Source of the DNA: a virus
Lineage: Duplodnaviria; Caudoviricetes
Strand: one strand, 5' to 3'
Length of the DNA: 32,578 bases
Virus record (IMG/VR): IMGVR_UViG_3300020043_001373
Span: 1-32,578 of that record
The position numbers and the translations under genes were made by a program. The first letter of the stretch is position 1, and each line of letters opens with the position of its first letter. This document shows positions 1-9,301 of the stretch, piece after piece. Below the pieces are notes generated by a model, which worked only from the letters and a program-made list of their open reading frames with translations, had not been told where the DNA came from and did not search any database.

Positions 1-2
1 CA

Positions 3-80
3 GCAGGAATGATGCGTTTAGCCGAAGAGTACAACAGTGAACTTGAAGATACTTTCTTAGAAGAAGAGGATGACGAATGA
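3..80 (+). CDS. 3' end of an upstream gene (partial, acidic C-terminus AGMMRLAEEYNSELEDTFLEEEDDE)
   Basis: Open frame from the window edge ending in TGA 78-80, overlapping the next ATG (ATGA coupling). Confidence 0.6.
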   Translation, partial: AGMMRLAEEYNSELEDTFLEEEDDE

Positions 81-565
81 CAACAGCACCAGAAAATCGT
101 GGTGGAGACCGTCCGACAGCATCTCAGAATAATCCTGCAAACATTTCTGCTACAGGTGGAGCAGGTGGAAAAGGTACTCAAGCACCTAAGTACATCCCAG
201 GTATGAAGAGTTTAGGCTCAACAGGAGTGGCAACTATGGAACAACAAGGTGGAGCAGCATTGGCTGGCAATCCAGTTCCTCCAGTTCAAACACCTTCTGT
301 CGACCCTATGGCATCAATGATGTCAGGACTTACACCTCTTGATGCTGAGTCAATGGATGATTTACCAATCTCTGATGGAGTAGATATTGGTCGTGGTCGT
401 GGTTCAGAAGCGCTACCTGCACGCTTGACATCTCCGATTAACCAGGATGAAAACGTAGCACTTATCAAGCGTTACCTTCCAGATTTAATGAATGCAACTC
501 GCCTTCCAGGAGCACCTGATTCTTATAAGCAATTTATCAACTACTTGAAAAATCAGATAATTTGA
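77..565 (+). CDS. hypothetical structural-region protein (162 aa, Gly/Pro-rich N-terminus)
   Basis: ORF with SD GAGGA, translationally coupled at both ends. Confidence 0.75.
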   Translation: MTTAPENRGGDRPTASQNNPANISATGGAGGKGTQAPKYIPGMKSLGSTGVATMEQQGGAALAGNPVPPVQTPSVDPMASMMSGLTPLDAESMDDLPISDGVDIGRGRGSEALPARLTSPINQDENVALIKRYLPDLMNATRLPGAPDSYKQFINYLKNQII

Positions 566-768
566 TGAGATGGGTAGAAAATAACTTCTTTGACCACCTA
601 GATAAGTTTGCTAACTCCCTAGGTTATGAAAATTATGAAATAGCAATTCCTTTGGCAATGGTTCCTTGGGAGTCACCACAAGATAGAGATATCTTTATTC
701 TTACTGTTACTGGTAATGAAGTGCAAGGTGGAAGCCCTGATACATTTAGAGCAGCGGAGGTGAAGTAA
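565..768 (+). CDS. hypothetical protein (67 aa)
   Basis: ATG 565 overlaps the upstream stop (TGATG); its stop overlaps the next ATG (TAATG). Confidence 0.7.
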   Translation: MRWVENNFFDHLDKFANSLGYENYEIAIPLAMVPWESPQDRDIFILTVTGNEVQGGSPDTFRAAEVK

Positions 769-3700
769 TGCCATTATGGGAAGACTTCATTAATTCTGTC
801 AAGGGCGCTGCTAAGGGATTATCACAACTTCCTGGTGCAATTCTTGGAAATGTTGCAATGGGCGGAGCACAACTAGGTGCCGCACAAACATTTAAGGGTG
901 ACCCACGTGCTGCAGCCGCTGCAGGTATTGCTGCTGAAACAGGAACACAAAAGGCTTTGCAAAAGGCTGGTCTTGTAACCGTAGATGATACTACTGGAAA
1001 AGTAGTTGACCCAGTTCTCTACGCATCGCAGAAGGCTGAAGAGTATGTCTTTAGTCCTATCATTGCTCGTCCTATCTCGACAGCATTTTTACTTACTGAC
1101 CCAACTAGCCGACTATACAAGGCTGGAGAATACGGTAAAGGGTTTCAGTTTTCAGATATAACCGACGCATACGAACGTTCTGGCGATGAATATAAAATTG
1201 TTAACGGAGAAAGAGTTCTTGTAAGAAAAGGCGTTTCTCTGGGTGTATCTCTTCTTAAGAGTAATTTAACACCATTTGGTGATTTTCAAAGTCTTATTCT
1301 TAAAGGCGGAGGAATCGATGTTGAAGATGTTGATTTATGGAATGCTGAGCAAGTTGAGAAGAACTTTGAAGAAAACACTCTTGGTCGTTGGATTACGGGA
1401 ACAAATGACTTTTTAATTAAGAACGTTGCTATTAACGTAGCAGGTGCGGGTCTTGCAGCAGGCGTTCGTGCAGGTGCACTAAAGGCTGGTCTTAGTACTC
1501 GCTTTCGTGTAGGTGATGTGGATGCTATGCCACAGGCTGAAGATTTAATTAATCAGCACATTACATTTCGCAAGTCTGGTGGAGCAGAGGGTAACTTAAC
1601 TGTCTTTGGACAAGATGTTGAAGACCTTGCTACCTCAGAAAACATTCTTGATATTACAAGAATTATAAGAAAGCATAGTAACAACCCTCGTCTTCCTGGA
1701 ATTCTTAAGGATACAAAAGACCCAGAGTTTGTTCGTGATTTAATTTTGGCTGATAAGGCTTACGCTCCAGCAGTTGAGCGCCTTGCTGCTGCTGGTATGC
1801 GCGATGACCTATGGGTACTAGGTGATGGTAACCTTGTTATTCAAGGTAACTACGCAGCAACTGGACGTATTCCGTCAATGGCACCTGAGCAATCTGCTCG
1901 TGTACTTGGCGCATTTGATGATGCAATCAAGAAGAATCCTAAGCATCAAGAAATTTATGATGCCTTCTTAAAAGAAATTGAAGACCCAGCAACTGGTGCT
2001 AGGACTATTGAACCTACATTCTTCGGCAAGAACTACAAGCCAGCAGAGCCAGTTATTGGACGCGAAGCATTTGCTGCTGCACGTTCACGTGCTGGAAAGA
2101 TTAAAACTTCTACTGTTGAGCGTGATTTCTCAAATGTTGGTGGATACACACAAACGGTATTGCAAAGCAAATACCTTAATGGTCCATCTACTGTTTTGAT
2201 TCGCACACTTGGAACAATGATGCCTAAGGGTTTTATTACTAACTCAGGTGTACGTCCACTTAATGGTGTAGATGAGTTAATTGCTACTTTTGATGATGTT
2301 CCTTTGTTTACTCGTGGTGACAAGGTTCTTGTAACTCACGATGGAACAACCAAGACAGTCTCACAATATCGTACTGAAATTATTGACAAGTTTGTTTCAG
2401 CAAAGACTGATGGTGAGCGTGCTCTTGTTGTAAAGAATTTAGCACCTGAGTTAGTTCGCACTATTTCATTTACTCGCGGGTTTAATGATACTAATTTGAT
2501 TGACACATTTGTTGACAATCTAATGCAAGATGTTTACTCTGTTCACGGCAACCTAGCGTCACGAGGAACAGCACTTGACCCAACTGGTGTTAGAATTGTT
2601 GTCAATCCTAAGACACAGCGTCAATTAGCAAACTCTTTACCAACTCTACCATTTGGTGAGTTTGATAGAATGATTGCTCGCGCTGCTCGCAAACAAAAGA
2701 ATGTTGTTACTGGAACAATGCAGCAAGCAGGCGGTACTGGACGAGATGCTATTCGTGCAATTTTTGAAGCAGGAAACAAGGCGTTTTCGCTTTCTGCTTT
2801 GTATCGTTTCAGTTATATCCCAAAGAACTCAATCTTTGAACCACTTCTTAGTGGAACTATGGCTGAAGGTAGCAAGTTTGCAAGTGCTATGTTTGGTAAG
2901 GCATCAAAGCAGATTATTGAAAACAATATAAACGTAGTTATGCGTGGTATTGAAAAGGTTAAGACAATTGCACCTAGCGCAAAAAAAGAAATCCAGCGTG
3001 AAGTCAAGGCTTTATCTGACGAATACAACATTGCTGTTAACAATAGAGATATTGTTTATGCTAAGTATGAGCAACTATTTAATGATGTTCCTGGTGTATC
3101 TCCAGCAACTAAGCGTGAGTGGGCAGATGTAGTAAAGGAAGACCTTCGCGCTGCAGAGAAGATGGTTGATTACCTTGAGACTAGCCTGAATCGATATACA
3201 GTTGAGTACGGTAAGCCAATCGATGTTCCATCTTTATACAATTTGCGTCGCAGAGTCCAAACACTTAAAGACCTACCAGCCGAAGCACGTGCAGGTGAGC
3301 GTTATGCTAGTGAGATTCGCAACGCAGAACTACTAATTGCTAAGGCATCTCAAACCATTAATACAATGGCACCAGAGATTAACACTTTAGATACAGCCAT
3401 TGCTTCAGCATATAAGAAGATTAATGATTCTTTACAAGAACTTGCACCAGCAATCAAGAAGCGTGGAGAGATTTTCTCTGTTTCTGAAGGTCGCTATATC
3501 AAGAAACCTTTACTTCCTGAAATGCAAAAGATTGTTGCTGCTAATGGTCAAGTAATTGAAGTGCCATCTATGAGAAATCAAAATTATCTTGGAGATGGTT
3601 ACTTCAGCGAAATTGCTAACAACAGCACGAGAACAATTGAAGTTCTTGGTAACAAGGCAACTGTAGCAAAGTTTAATACTATCTTTAGAAATGGTCCACA

Positions 3701-5939
3701 GTCAATTACTAATGTGGCTGACCCACTCTACTTTGATGAGTTGGCTTATGTGGTCAACAACTTTATGCGTGGAGATATGCTGGTTGACCAGGTTCTTGCT
3801 GGTATCCCACGCGAGCGAATCCTTGCTTGGGCGTCTACAGGTCAGGGTCGCTCCTATGCTAACTCAATGGGTCGTCCTGTTGACCAGTTGACAGATATGG
3901 TTGACGAAGCATTTTCTTATGTCAATCGTTACCTACCAACTCGTGAGGCACAGGCGCTAGCCGCTGTTGGTCCAGTAAAGAAGACAGACTTAGAACAAAT
4001 TTTGGCTGACAAGTTAGACCAAATGGTTGGTATCCAGCCACTTGATGTCCCTTATGGTCGACCAACTACTGGCATCAAAACCTTTAATGCAGCAACTGAC
4101 GCTCTTATGGCTAAGGCTTGGCGCGGAATGGTTTTTCCAGAAAACGCTATCCGCGAAGTATGGGGAACTGTTGACTTTGCTAAGCGTATGCAAGAAAAAT
4201 TTGATATGCTTGTTGCTCAAGGACAGCAACCTACTCTTTCAACTGCTTTAGCAATGCGTCAATCAGTTGCTTCCGAAATGGTTGAAAATGTAAGTAGAGT
4301 TTTCTACACAATCCCACGCCAACAGCGTGCACTGTACTTAGCAAGAGCATTAACAACCTTTCCTAATGCTGCTGCTAGTGGTATTTACCGCTATGGTGGA
4401 TTTGCTGCTAAGCAACCTGGACGTATGGGTGGATTCCTTAACAGTTATTATGGTTTATACAACTCATTTGGCGTAGATAAGTTTGGTAACCCAGTTGAAA
4501 ACCCAATGGAAGCAGAATATTTGCTTATTCCTGGTACAAAGGAGATGGGTTTAAATGACGGTAAGGGCGTAGTCATTAGTGCTCGTGCAACTAACTACAT
4601 TGCCAACCTACCTGGTCCATCATATTTAGTTCCAATCTTCTTAGGTCGTGCTCTAGGCTGGAAGCCAGACACAAACGATGAGATTAAGAAGACAGTAAAC
4701 AATACTGTTGGAAAAATTCCTGGTTACTCCTTTGAGGAAATGTTCCCGTATGGAATTGAACCAGATTTAAAGACTCAACTAGGGCGTACATTTACACCCG
4801 CTTGGGCACGTAATCTATATACCGCTTTAAACAAGAGCACAACAGATGAGATGTGGGTTATGTCCCTGCTATCTGAGGCTAATCGCCAGCAAGTTCTTTA
4901 CGAAATGAAGATAGGTCCTAAGCCTACGGAAGAAAGCATTCGTAAGGGTACAGAAAGTATCTATCTACGTAAGTTCCGTACACAGATGTTCTCACTTTTG
5001 GGAACACCTCAGTATGTTGAATCTCGTCCAGATGCTTTGTTCTCTGACTATTACTATATGCTTTTGAATAAGTATAAGGCTCAGACCGACTCTAAGACTG
5101 GTAAGCCACTTACTGAAATGCAGGCATCTACGCTAGCAGAAGATGAATTCCAGAAGCAGATGCGTCTTGCAGGCGGCGGAGACTTCCCAATGGACCGTCT
5201 GTTTACTAATGCTCGTGATAAAGCAACTTATATACAGCCAAGCCAAAAGGCTTATAGCCGTATCTATCAAGATTTCTCTGGTCTTGCTAAGCAATTAGAA
5301 CGTCTTGACCCATCACTTGTTGGTTTAATGACTGCTGATTTGCCACGAGATTACGATATACAGATTAGTAAGTTCCTCAATGACCCTAATGCAACTCTTC
5401 CTGGTGGAACAGTTCTCAACAGTCAACTTAAGACACCACAGATGGTTGAGGATGAACTTGCTAAGTCACGTCTTTGGAAGGCTTACACGGGATTTAAAGA
5501 TGATTTAAATTCCGCAGCCAAGAAGGCTGGTTATGCAAGTTACCTAAGTGTTCCAGAATTAAAAGACCAACTTAGAGGATATGCTGAAACTCTTGGAGAG
5601 GTAAGCCCTCAGTGGTTTATTGAATATGGTGGTGGCGGAGCCGCCAATGACACAGCCTTTACGCAATCTGCTGGTCTTAAAACAATTCTAAAAGATGCAG
5701 ACTATATGAAGAAGTTTGGAAACACACAGTTCTGGACTCACGCTAAAGCGTTTATTGAATACAGAGAATCCTTTGGCAAAGTTCGTAGTGATGCTCCATC
5801 AGGATATAAGACTAAGGTTGAAGAAGCCTGGCAAAACTATCTTGAAGAGAGCCTCACATTGTGGGACCCTACCTTACAAAGAATAATTACACGCTATTAC
5901 AGCAACGATAAGTTGAATATCAAGGAGCCTAAACGATGA
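768..5939 (+). CDS. large internal virion / DNA ejection protein (1723 aa; T7 gp16-like role by size and position)
   Basis: Long Ala/Gly-rich, helical-looking ORF with SD GGAGGTG, first of three large coupled genes before scaffold/capsid. Function is inferred from podovirus organisation. Confidence 0.65.
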   Translation: MPLWEDFINSVKGAAKGLSQLPGAILGNVAMGGAQLGAAQTFKGDPRAAAAAGIAAETGTQKALQKAGLVTVDDTTGKVVDPVLYASQKAEEYVFSPIIARPISTAFLLTDPTSRLYKAGEYGKGFQFSDITDAYERSGDEYKIVNGERVLVRKGVSLGVSLLKSNLTPFGDFQSLILKGGGIDVEDVDLWNAEQVEKNFEENTLGRWITGTNDFLIKNVAINVAGAGLAAGVRAGALKAGLSTRFRVGDVDAMPQAEDLINQHITFRKSGGAEGNLTVFGQDVEDLATSENILDITRIIRKHSNNPRLPGILKDTKDPEFVRDLILADKAYAPAVERLAAAGMRDDLWVLGDGNLVIQGNYAATGRIPSMAPEQSARVLGAFDDAIKKNPKHQEIYDAFLKEIEDPATGARTIEPTFFGKNYKPAEPVIGREAFAAARSRAGKIKTSTVERDFSNVGGYTQTVLQSKYLNGPSTVLIRTLGTMMPKGFITNSGVRPLNGVDELIATFDDVPLFTRGDKVLVTHDGTTKTVSQYRTEIIDKFVSAKTDGERALVVKNLAPELVRTISFTRGFNDTNLIDTFVDNLMQDVYSVHGNLASRGTALDPTGVRIVVNPKTQRQLANSLPTLPFGEFDRMIARAARKQKNVVTGTMQQAGGTGRDAIRAIFEAGNKAFSLSALYRFSYIPKNSIFEPLLSGTMAEGSKFASAMFGKASKQIIENNINVVMRGIEKVKTIAPSAKKEIQREVKALSDEYNIAVNNRDIVYAKYEQLFNDVPGVSPATKREWADVVKEDLRAAEKMVDYLETSLNRYTVEYGKPIDVPSLYNLRRRVQTLKDLPAEARAGERYASEIRNAELLIAKASQTINTMAPEINTLDTAIASAYKKINDSLQELAPAIKKRGEIFSVSEGRYIKKPLLPEMQKIVAANGQVIEVPSMRNQNYLGDGYFSEIANNSTRTIEVLGNKATVAKFNTIFRNGPQSITNVADPLYFDELAYVVNNFMRGDMLVDQVLAGIPRERILAWASTGQGRSYANSMGRPVDQLTDMVDEAFSYVNRYLPTREAQALAAVGPVKKTDLEQILADKLDQMVGIQPLDVPYGRPTTGIKTFNAATDALMAKAWRGMVFPENAIREVWGTVDFAKRMQEKFDMLVAQGQQPTLSTALAMRQSVASEMVENVSRVFYTIPRQQRALYLARALTTFPNAAASGIYRYGGFAAKQPGRMGGFLNSYYGLYNSFGVDKFGNPVENPMEAEYLLIPGTKEMGLNDGKGVVISARATNYIANLPGPSYLVPIFLGRALGWKPDTNDEIKKTVNNTVGKIPGYSFEEMFPYGIEPDLKTQLGRTFTPAWARNLYTALNKSTTDEMWVMSLLSEANRQQVLYEMKIGPKPTEESIRKGTESIYLRKFRTQMFSLLGTPQYVESRPDALFSDYYYMLLNKYKAQTDSKTGKPLTEMQASTLAEDEFQKQMRLAGGGDFPMDRLFTNARDKATYIQPSQKAYSRIYQDFSGLAKQLERLDPSLVGLMTADLPRDYDIQISKFLNDPNATLPGGTVLNSQLKTPQMVEDELAKSRLWKAYTGFKDDLNSAAKKAGYASYLSVPELKDQLRGYAETLGEVSPQWFIEYGGGGAANDTAFTQSAGLKTILKDADYMKKFGNTQFWTHAKAFIEYRESFGKVRSDAPSGYKTKVEEAWQNYLEESLTLWDPTLQRIITRYYSNDKLNIKEPKR

Positions 5940-7030
5940 GTCCAATTCCACCACCACCGACCATTGTTGTTCCTAAAAAGGATAGTAAAGGTCCAAAGAT
6001 TACCTACATCTGGATGCCAGATAAAAACGGTAACTTAGTTAAGGCTGACGCATCTGTAGTAAAGAAGTCATTTGCTAAACTGCCAGGTAGTGCACAGGTT
6101 GCTCTTACTCAGTATCTACTTACTATTGCTAACAAGCAACCAACCGACGTTGCTCGTCAGGCTCTATGGAATGACATCGTAGATGGTGCTATTGCAGCAT
6201 TCAAAGAAGGCAAGAAACAAAGTCCTTGGGATGTTTTAAATGTTCTAACAAAGAACTCTCCAGCAATGACTGGCGAAACAGTAACCTACACAGAATACGA
6301 CGCTATTACAGCAGAAGCATTGCTAAATCAAATTGCTGAGACTATTGGCTTTGACGTCACTCAACTTTCTGCTGCAGATAAAACAGAATTCTTTAATAAG
6401 TTAAATACGGAGGCTAAGGCTTCTGGTAAATCAACTACTCGTAGGGCTGCAAGCGGTGGTATGGAGACAGTTATTACTCCATCATTGTTTAATGCTAAGG
6501 ATTTTACGGAGTCTTTCTTATGGGCAAAGGTAAATCTTGGTGACACAACTAAGTTACCATCTAGCGCAATTGCTAAGATTTCTTCAATCAATGCTTTGCT
6601 TAAGGCAAATGGAATATCTGATTATAGCAAAAAAGAAATTGATGCTTTTGGTATTGCACTTGCTTCAGGTGCTAAGACTGTCGATGAATTTAAGAGTCAA
6701 TTTGCAGCCAAGGCTGCAGCACGTTACCCACTGTTTGCAAAGAGATTACAAGATACTCCTGGCTTAACTGTTATGGATGTTGTAGAACCTTACATTACTC
6801 AGATGGCTAAGTACTGGGAGATTGACCCAAGCACTGTTGATTTAGACAATCCAGACCTTGACAAGTTTATTCGCCCTGATGGAACTGCAGGAAATGTACC
6901 AATGGGTTCAATATCAGACTGGGTTGATTATTTAAAGAATCACCCTAACTCAGAAAAAGCAAGTTGGTCCAAGGAATTAGCACGCGACTCCGCAGTAGGA
7001 GTTGCAAGAGCGATGGGATTTGGAGTATAA
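5936..7030 (+). CDS. putative internal virion protein (364 aa)
   Basis: SD AAGGAG, ATGA overlap, position within the ejection-protein block. Confidence 0.6.
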   Translation: MSPIPPPPTIVVPKKDSKGPKITYIWMPDKNGNLVKADASVVKKSFAKLPGSAQVALTQYLLTIANKQPTDVARQALWNDIVDGAIAAFKEGKKQSPWDVLNVLTKNSPAMTGETVTYTEYDAITAEALLNQIAETIGFDVTQLSAADKTEFFNKLNTEAKASGKSTTRRAASGGMETVITPSLFNAKDFTESFLWAKVNLGDTTKLPSSAIAKISSINALLKANGISDYSKKEIDAFGIALASGAKTVDEFKSQFAAKAAARYPLFAKRLQDTPGLTVMDVVEPYITQMAKYWEIDPSTVDLDNPDLDKFIRPDGTAGNVPMGSISDWVDYLKNHPNSEKASWSKELARDSAVGVARAMGFGV

Positions 7031-8664
7031 TGGCACGCAACCCAGGAGTTATGCAGGTAGATGATGACGGCAGCGGACTAGATGAACAAGCATTAATTGA
7101 TGCTATCACAAAACAACAGGTTGCTGCTGGCGTAAAGAGTACTGACCCTAAGGCTAGAATTGGAGACGAAACTGCTTCAGAAGCAAATGCTCGTATTACT
7201 AAAGGTTACAAAGACCAACCTAAGCCAGAATTAACTCAAGAAGGTGAAGCCGCAGGAGCAACAATTAAATTTGTTCGAACCGAAGCGGGTGGAGTTGGTA
7301 AATATAAAGAAATATTTCCTATTGGTACGCCTATTCCTGAAACACGCACAACAGAATATGGTAATATTTACGATGCAAAAGGCAATCTTATTCAAGGCAC
7401 TGGACTAAAAACTGGTGTACCTGGAACATCAAAAGCGCAAAGAACTCCAGAACAAATTGCTGCCTATAACAGCGCAAAAGAATTAGCACAATCATTTGTT
7501 GCTTCATATGGTGGAAAATTAAGTGATTACTTTGATTCCCTAACAGGTAAAGTAACATCTCCTACTAAAGAGATTATTGCCAAAGCACTTGCAAGCCAGA
7601 ACAATGGCGGAGTAACAGAAGTTTCAAGAGTTGCAAATCCAGATGGAAGTGTAACCGTAACTTATTCTGATGGAACTAAAAAAACTTTTGCTAGTACTGC
7701 TGCGGCTAATACAGCAAAGCCAGTGGTTACTGCAACAAGTACAACTGATACTGGTCCTACTTTAGCAGCAGATGTATTTAAGCAAACACTTGCGGTTTTC
7801 TTTGGCGCAGCAGAGATGGGTAAGCCTTGGGCTAACGAACTCTACAAGGTTGTGTCTAAATTTTATAAGGCTGGAGCGACGTCAGAAGAGGCATTTAATA
7901 TGGCTCTTTTAGAGTCTCGCAACAACCCAGCAATGGCTGATTTTACTAAGCGATTCAAGGGAATCTTTGCCCTTCAGGATATGAAGCAAGCAGGCAAGGC
8001 AGTTACTGTGCCAACTATTGCTGAATACTTTGCAACAGAATCAAAGATGGGCGATATGCTCAAGTCATCTAATTTAGGGGACTTGGCTAATGAAGATTTT
8101 CTTGGAGATGTACTTAGCAAAGGTGTATCTGCTACAGAGTTTGGTAACAGAATCACACAAATCTTTGACCGCATCGATAACGCACCAAGTGATATCAAGA
8201 AAACTATTTCAAGATTTTTTCCAACTCTTGACCGTATCCAACTTGCTAAGGCTTTGGCTTTAGGAGATAAGGGTGCTAAGCAACTAGAACAGGAAATTTC
8301 AGGATATGAAGTTCTTTCTGCTGCAGAACTCCAAGGTCTTGGATTGTCTAGAGAATTGCCTGGTGGAATTACCGTTGAACAAGCATCCAATATTGCTAAA
8401 GGTGGTGGCACATATGCCAGCACATTAGGGCAGTTTGGTCAGATTGCTCGTGCTCGTGAGACAGAACAGAAACTTGCAGAAATTTCTGGAGTTAAATCAC
8501 TTGGAGTTTCTGGTTTAACAAATGCAGTAATTGGCAAGTCTGCTGCAGAACTTAAGAAACTAGAAGATTTAACAATACAGGAAGAAGCACGTTTTATGGG
8601 CAAGGCTGGAACCGCAGGTTCTAGAGCGCTTGCATCACAATCTCGTGCTAATCGCATAATCTAA
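7030..8664 (+). CDS. putative internal virion protein (544 aa)
   Basis: Start reassigned to ATG 7030 (TAATG overlap, SD GGAG); Ala/Gly/Thr-rich. Confidence 0.6.
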   Translation: MARNPGVMQVDDDGSGLDEQALIDAITKQQVAAGVKSTDPKARIGDETASEANARITKGYKDQPKPELTQEGEAAGATIKFVRTEAGGVGKYKEIFPIGTPIPETRTTEYGNIYDAKGNLIQGTGLKTGVPGTSKAQRTPEQIAAYNSAKELAQSFVASYGGKLSDYFDSLTGKVTSPTKEIIAKALASQNNGGVTEVSRVANPDGSVTVTYSDGTKKTFASTAAANTAKPVVTATSTTDTGPTLAADVFKQTLAVFFGAAEMGKPWANELYKVVSKFYKAGATSEEAFNMALLESRNNPAMADFTKRFKGIFALQDMKQAGKAVTVPTIAEYFATESKMGDMLKSSNLGDLANEDFLGDVLSKGVSATEFGNRITQIFDRIDNAPSDIKKTISRFFPTLDRIQLAKALALGDKGAKQLEQEISGYEVLSAAELQGLGLSRELPGGITVEQASNIAKGGGTYASTLGQFGQIARARETEQKLAEISGVKSLGVSGLTNAVIGKSAAELKKLEDLTIQEEARFMGKAGTAGSRALASQSRANRII

Positions 8665-8673
8665 AACAGAATC

Positions 8674-8804
8674 CTGAGCGGACCGACCAGCCCCGCCAGC
8701 GTAACAGACTGGGAGTAAGAGCCAGACCATTTCCCCGAATGGAACCTGAGGCTTGCGAACTAACTACGAATAGAAGGGTGGCGTTGCTATGAGCAACAAC
8801 TACT
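8674..8804 (+). ncRNA. candidate structured cis-regulatory leader (pseudoknot, hairpin and start-codon hairpin) of the scaffold/capsid genes
   Basis: CUG(A)GCGG 8674-8681 pairs with CCGCCAG 8693-8699. Loop CCAG 8687-8690 pairs with CUGG 8709-8712. Hairpin 8715-8756. GUUGCU/AGCAAC encloses the AUG at 8789. Confidence 0.55.
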
Positions 8805-9268
8805 GGGACGACGAAGACGATGACCTAGATACAATCGATGAAGCACCGATGGATGGAAGTGACTTACTTAAAAAGTTACGAAAAGCCAAGCGTGCAGATG
8901 AGAAGCGTATTAAGGAACTCACAGAGCAACTTGAGGGATTCTCCAAGACGCAGCGTGAAGCAACTGTCAAGTCAGTACTAGAAAAGAAGGGCGTCAATCT
9001 TAAAGCAGCCCGTTTAGTAATGAAGGACTTGGATGACATTAGCGAAGAATCAGTTTCTAACTGGCTCGATGATAATGCAGACTTGTTCGGACTAACGGTT
9101 AACGAAGATAGTTCTAAGGTAACACAAGAAGACCGCGCTGCATTACGCAACCAGGACTTGGTTACACAGAACGCTATGACCCCTGACCGAGCAAACGATA
9201 TTGAATACAGAATGCAACAGGCTACGTCTGAAGAAGACATTCTGTCAATTCTACGCTCACAACAATAA
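8789..9268 (+). CDS. capsid scaffolding protein (159 aa)
   Basis: Acidic N-terminus, coiled-coil (LLKKLRKAKRADEKRIKELTEQLE), directly upstream of the capsid gene. Confidence 0.8.
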   Translation: MSNNYWDDEDDDLDTIDEAPMDGSDLLKKLRKAKRADEKRIKELTEQLEGFSKTQREATVKSVLEKKGVNLKAARLVMKDLDDISEESVSNWLDDNADLFGLTVNEDSSKVTQEDRAALRNQDLVTQNAMTPDRANDIEYRMQQATSEEDILSILRSQQ

Positions 9269-9301
9269 TATCCGTTCATAGTCACTTGGAGGTGACCGCA
9301 T

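Noticed and set aside
8674-8770. HDV-like/theta ribozyme (GCGAA after a long hairpin)
   Set aside because: No P2 partner for the sequence after GCGAA and no P3/L3 followed by P1 could be built; no adjacent tRNA.
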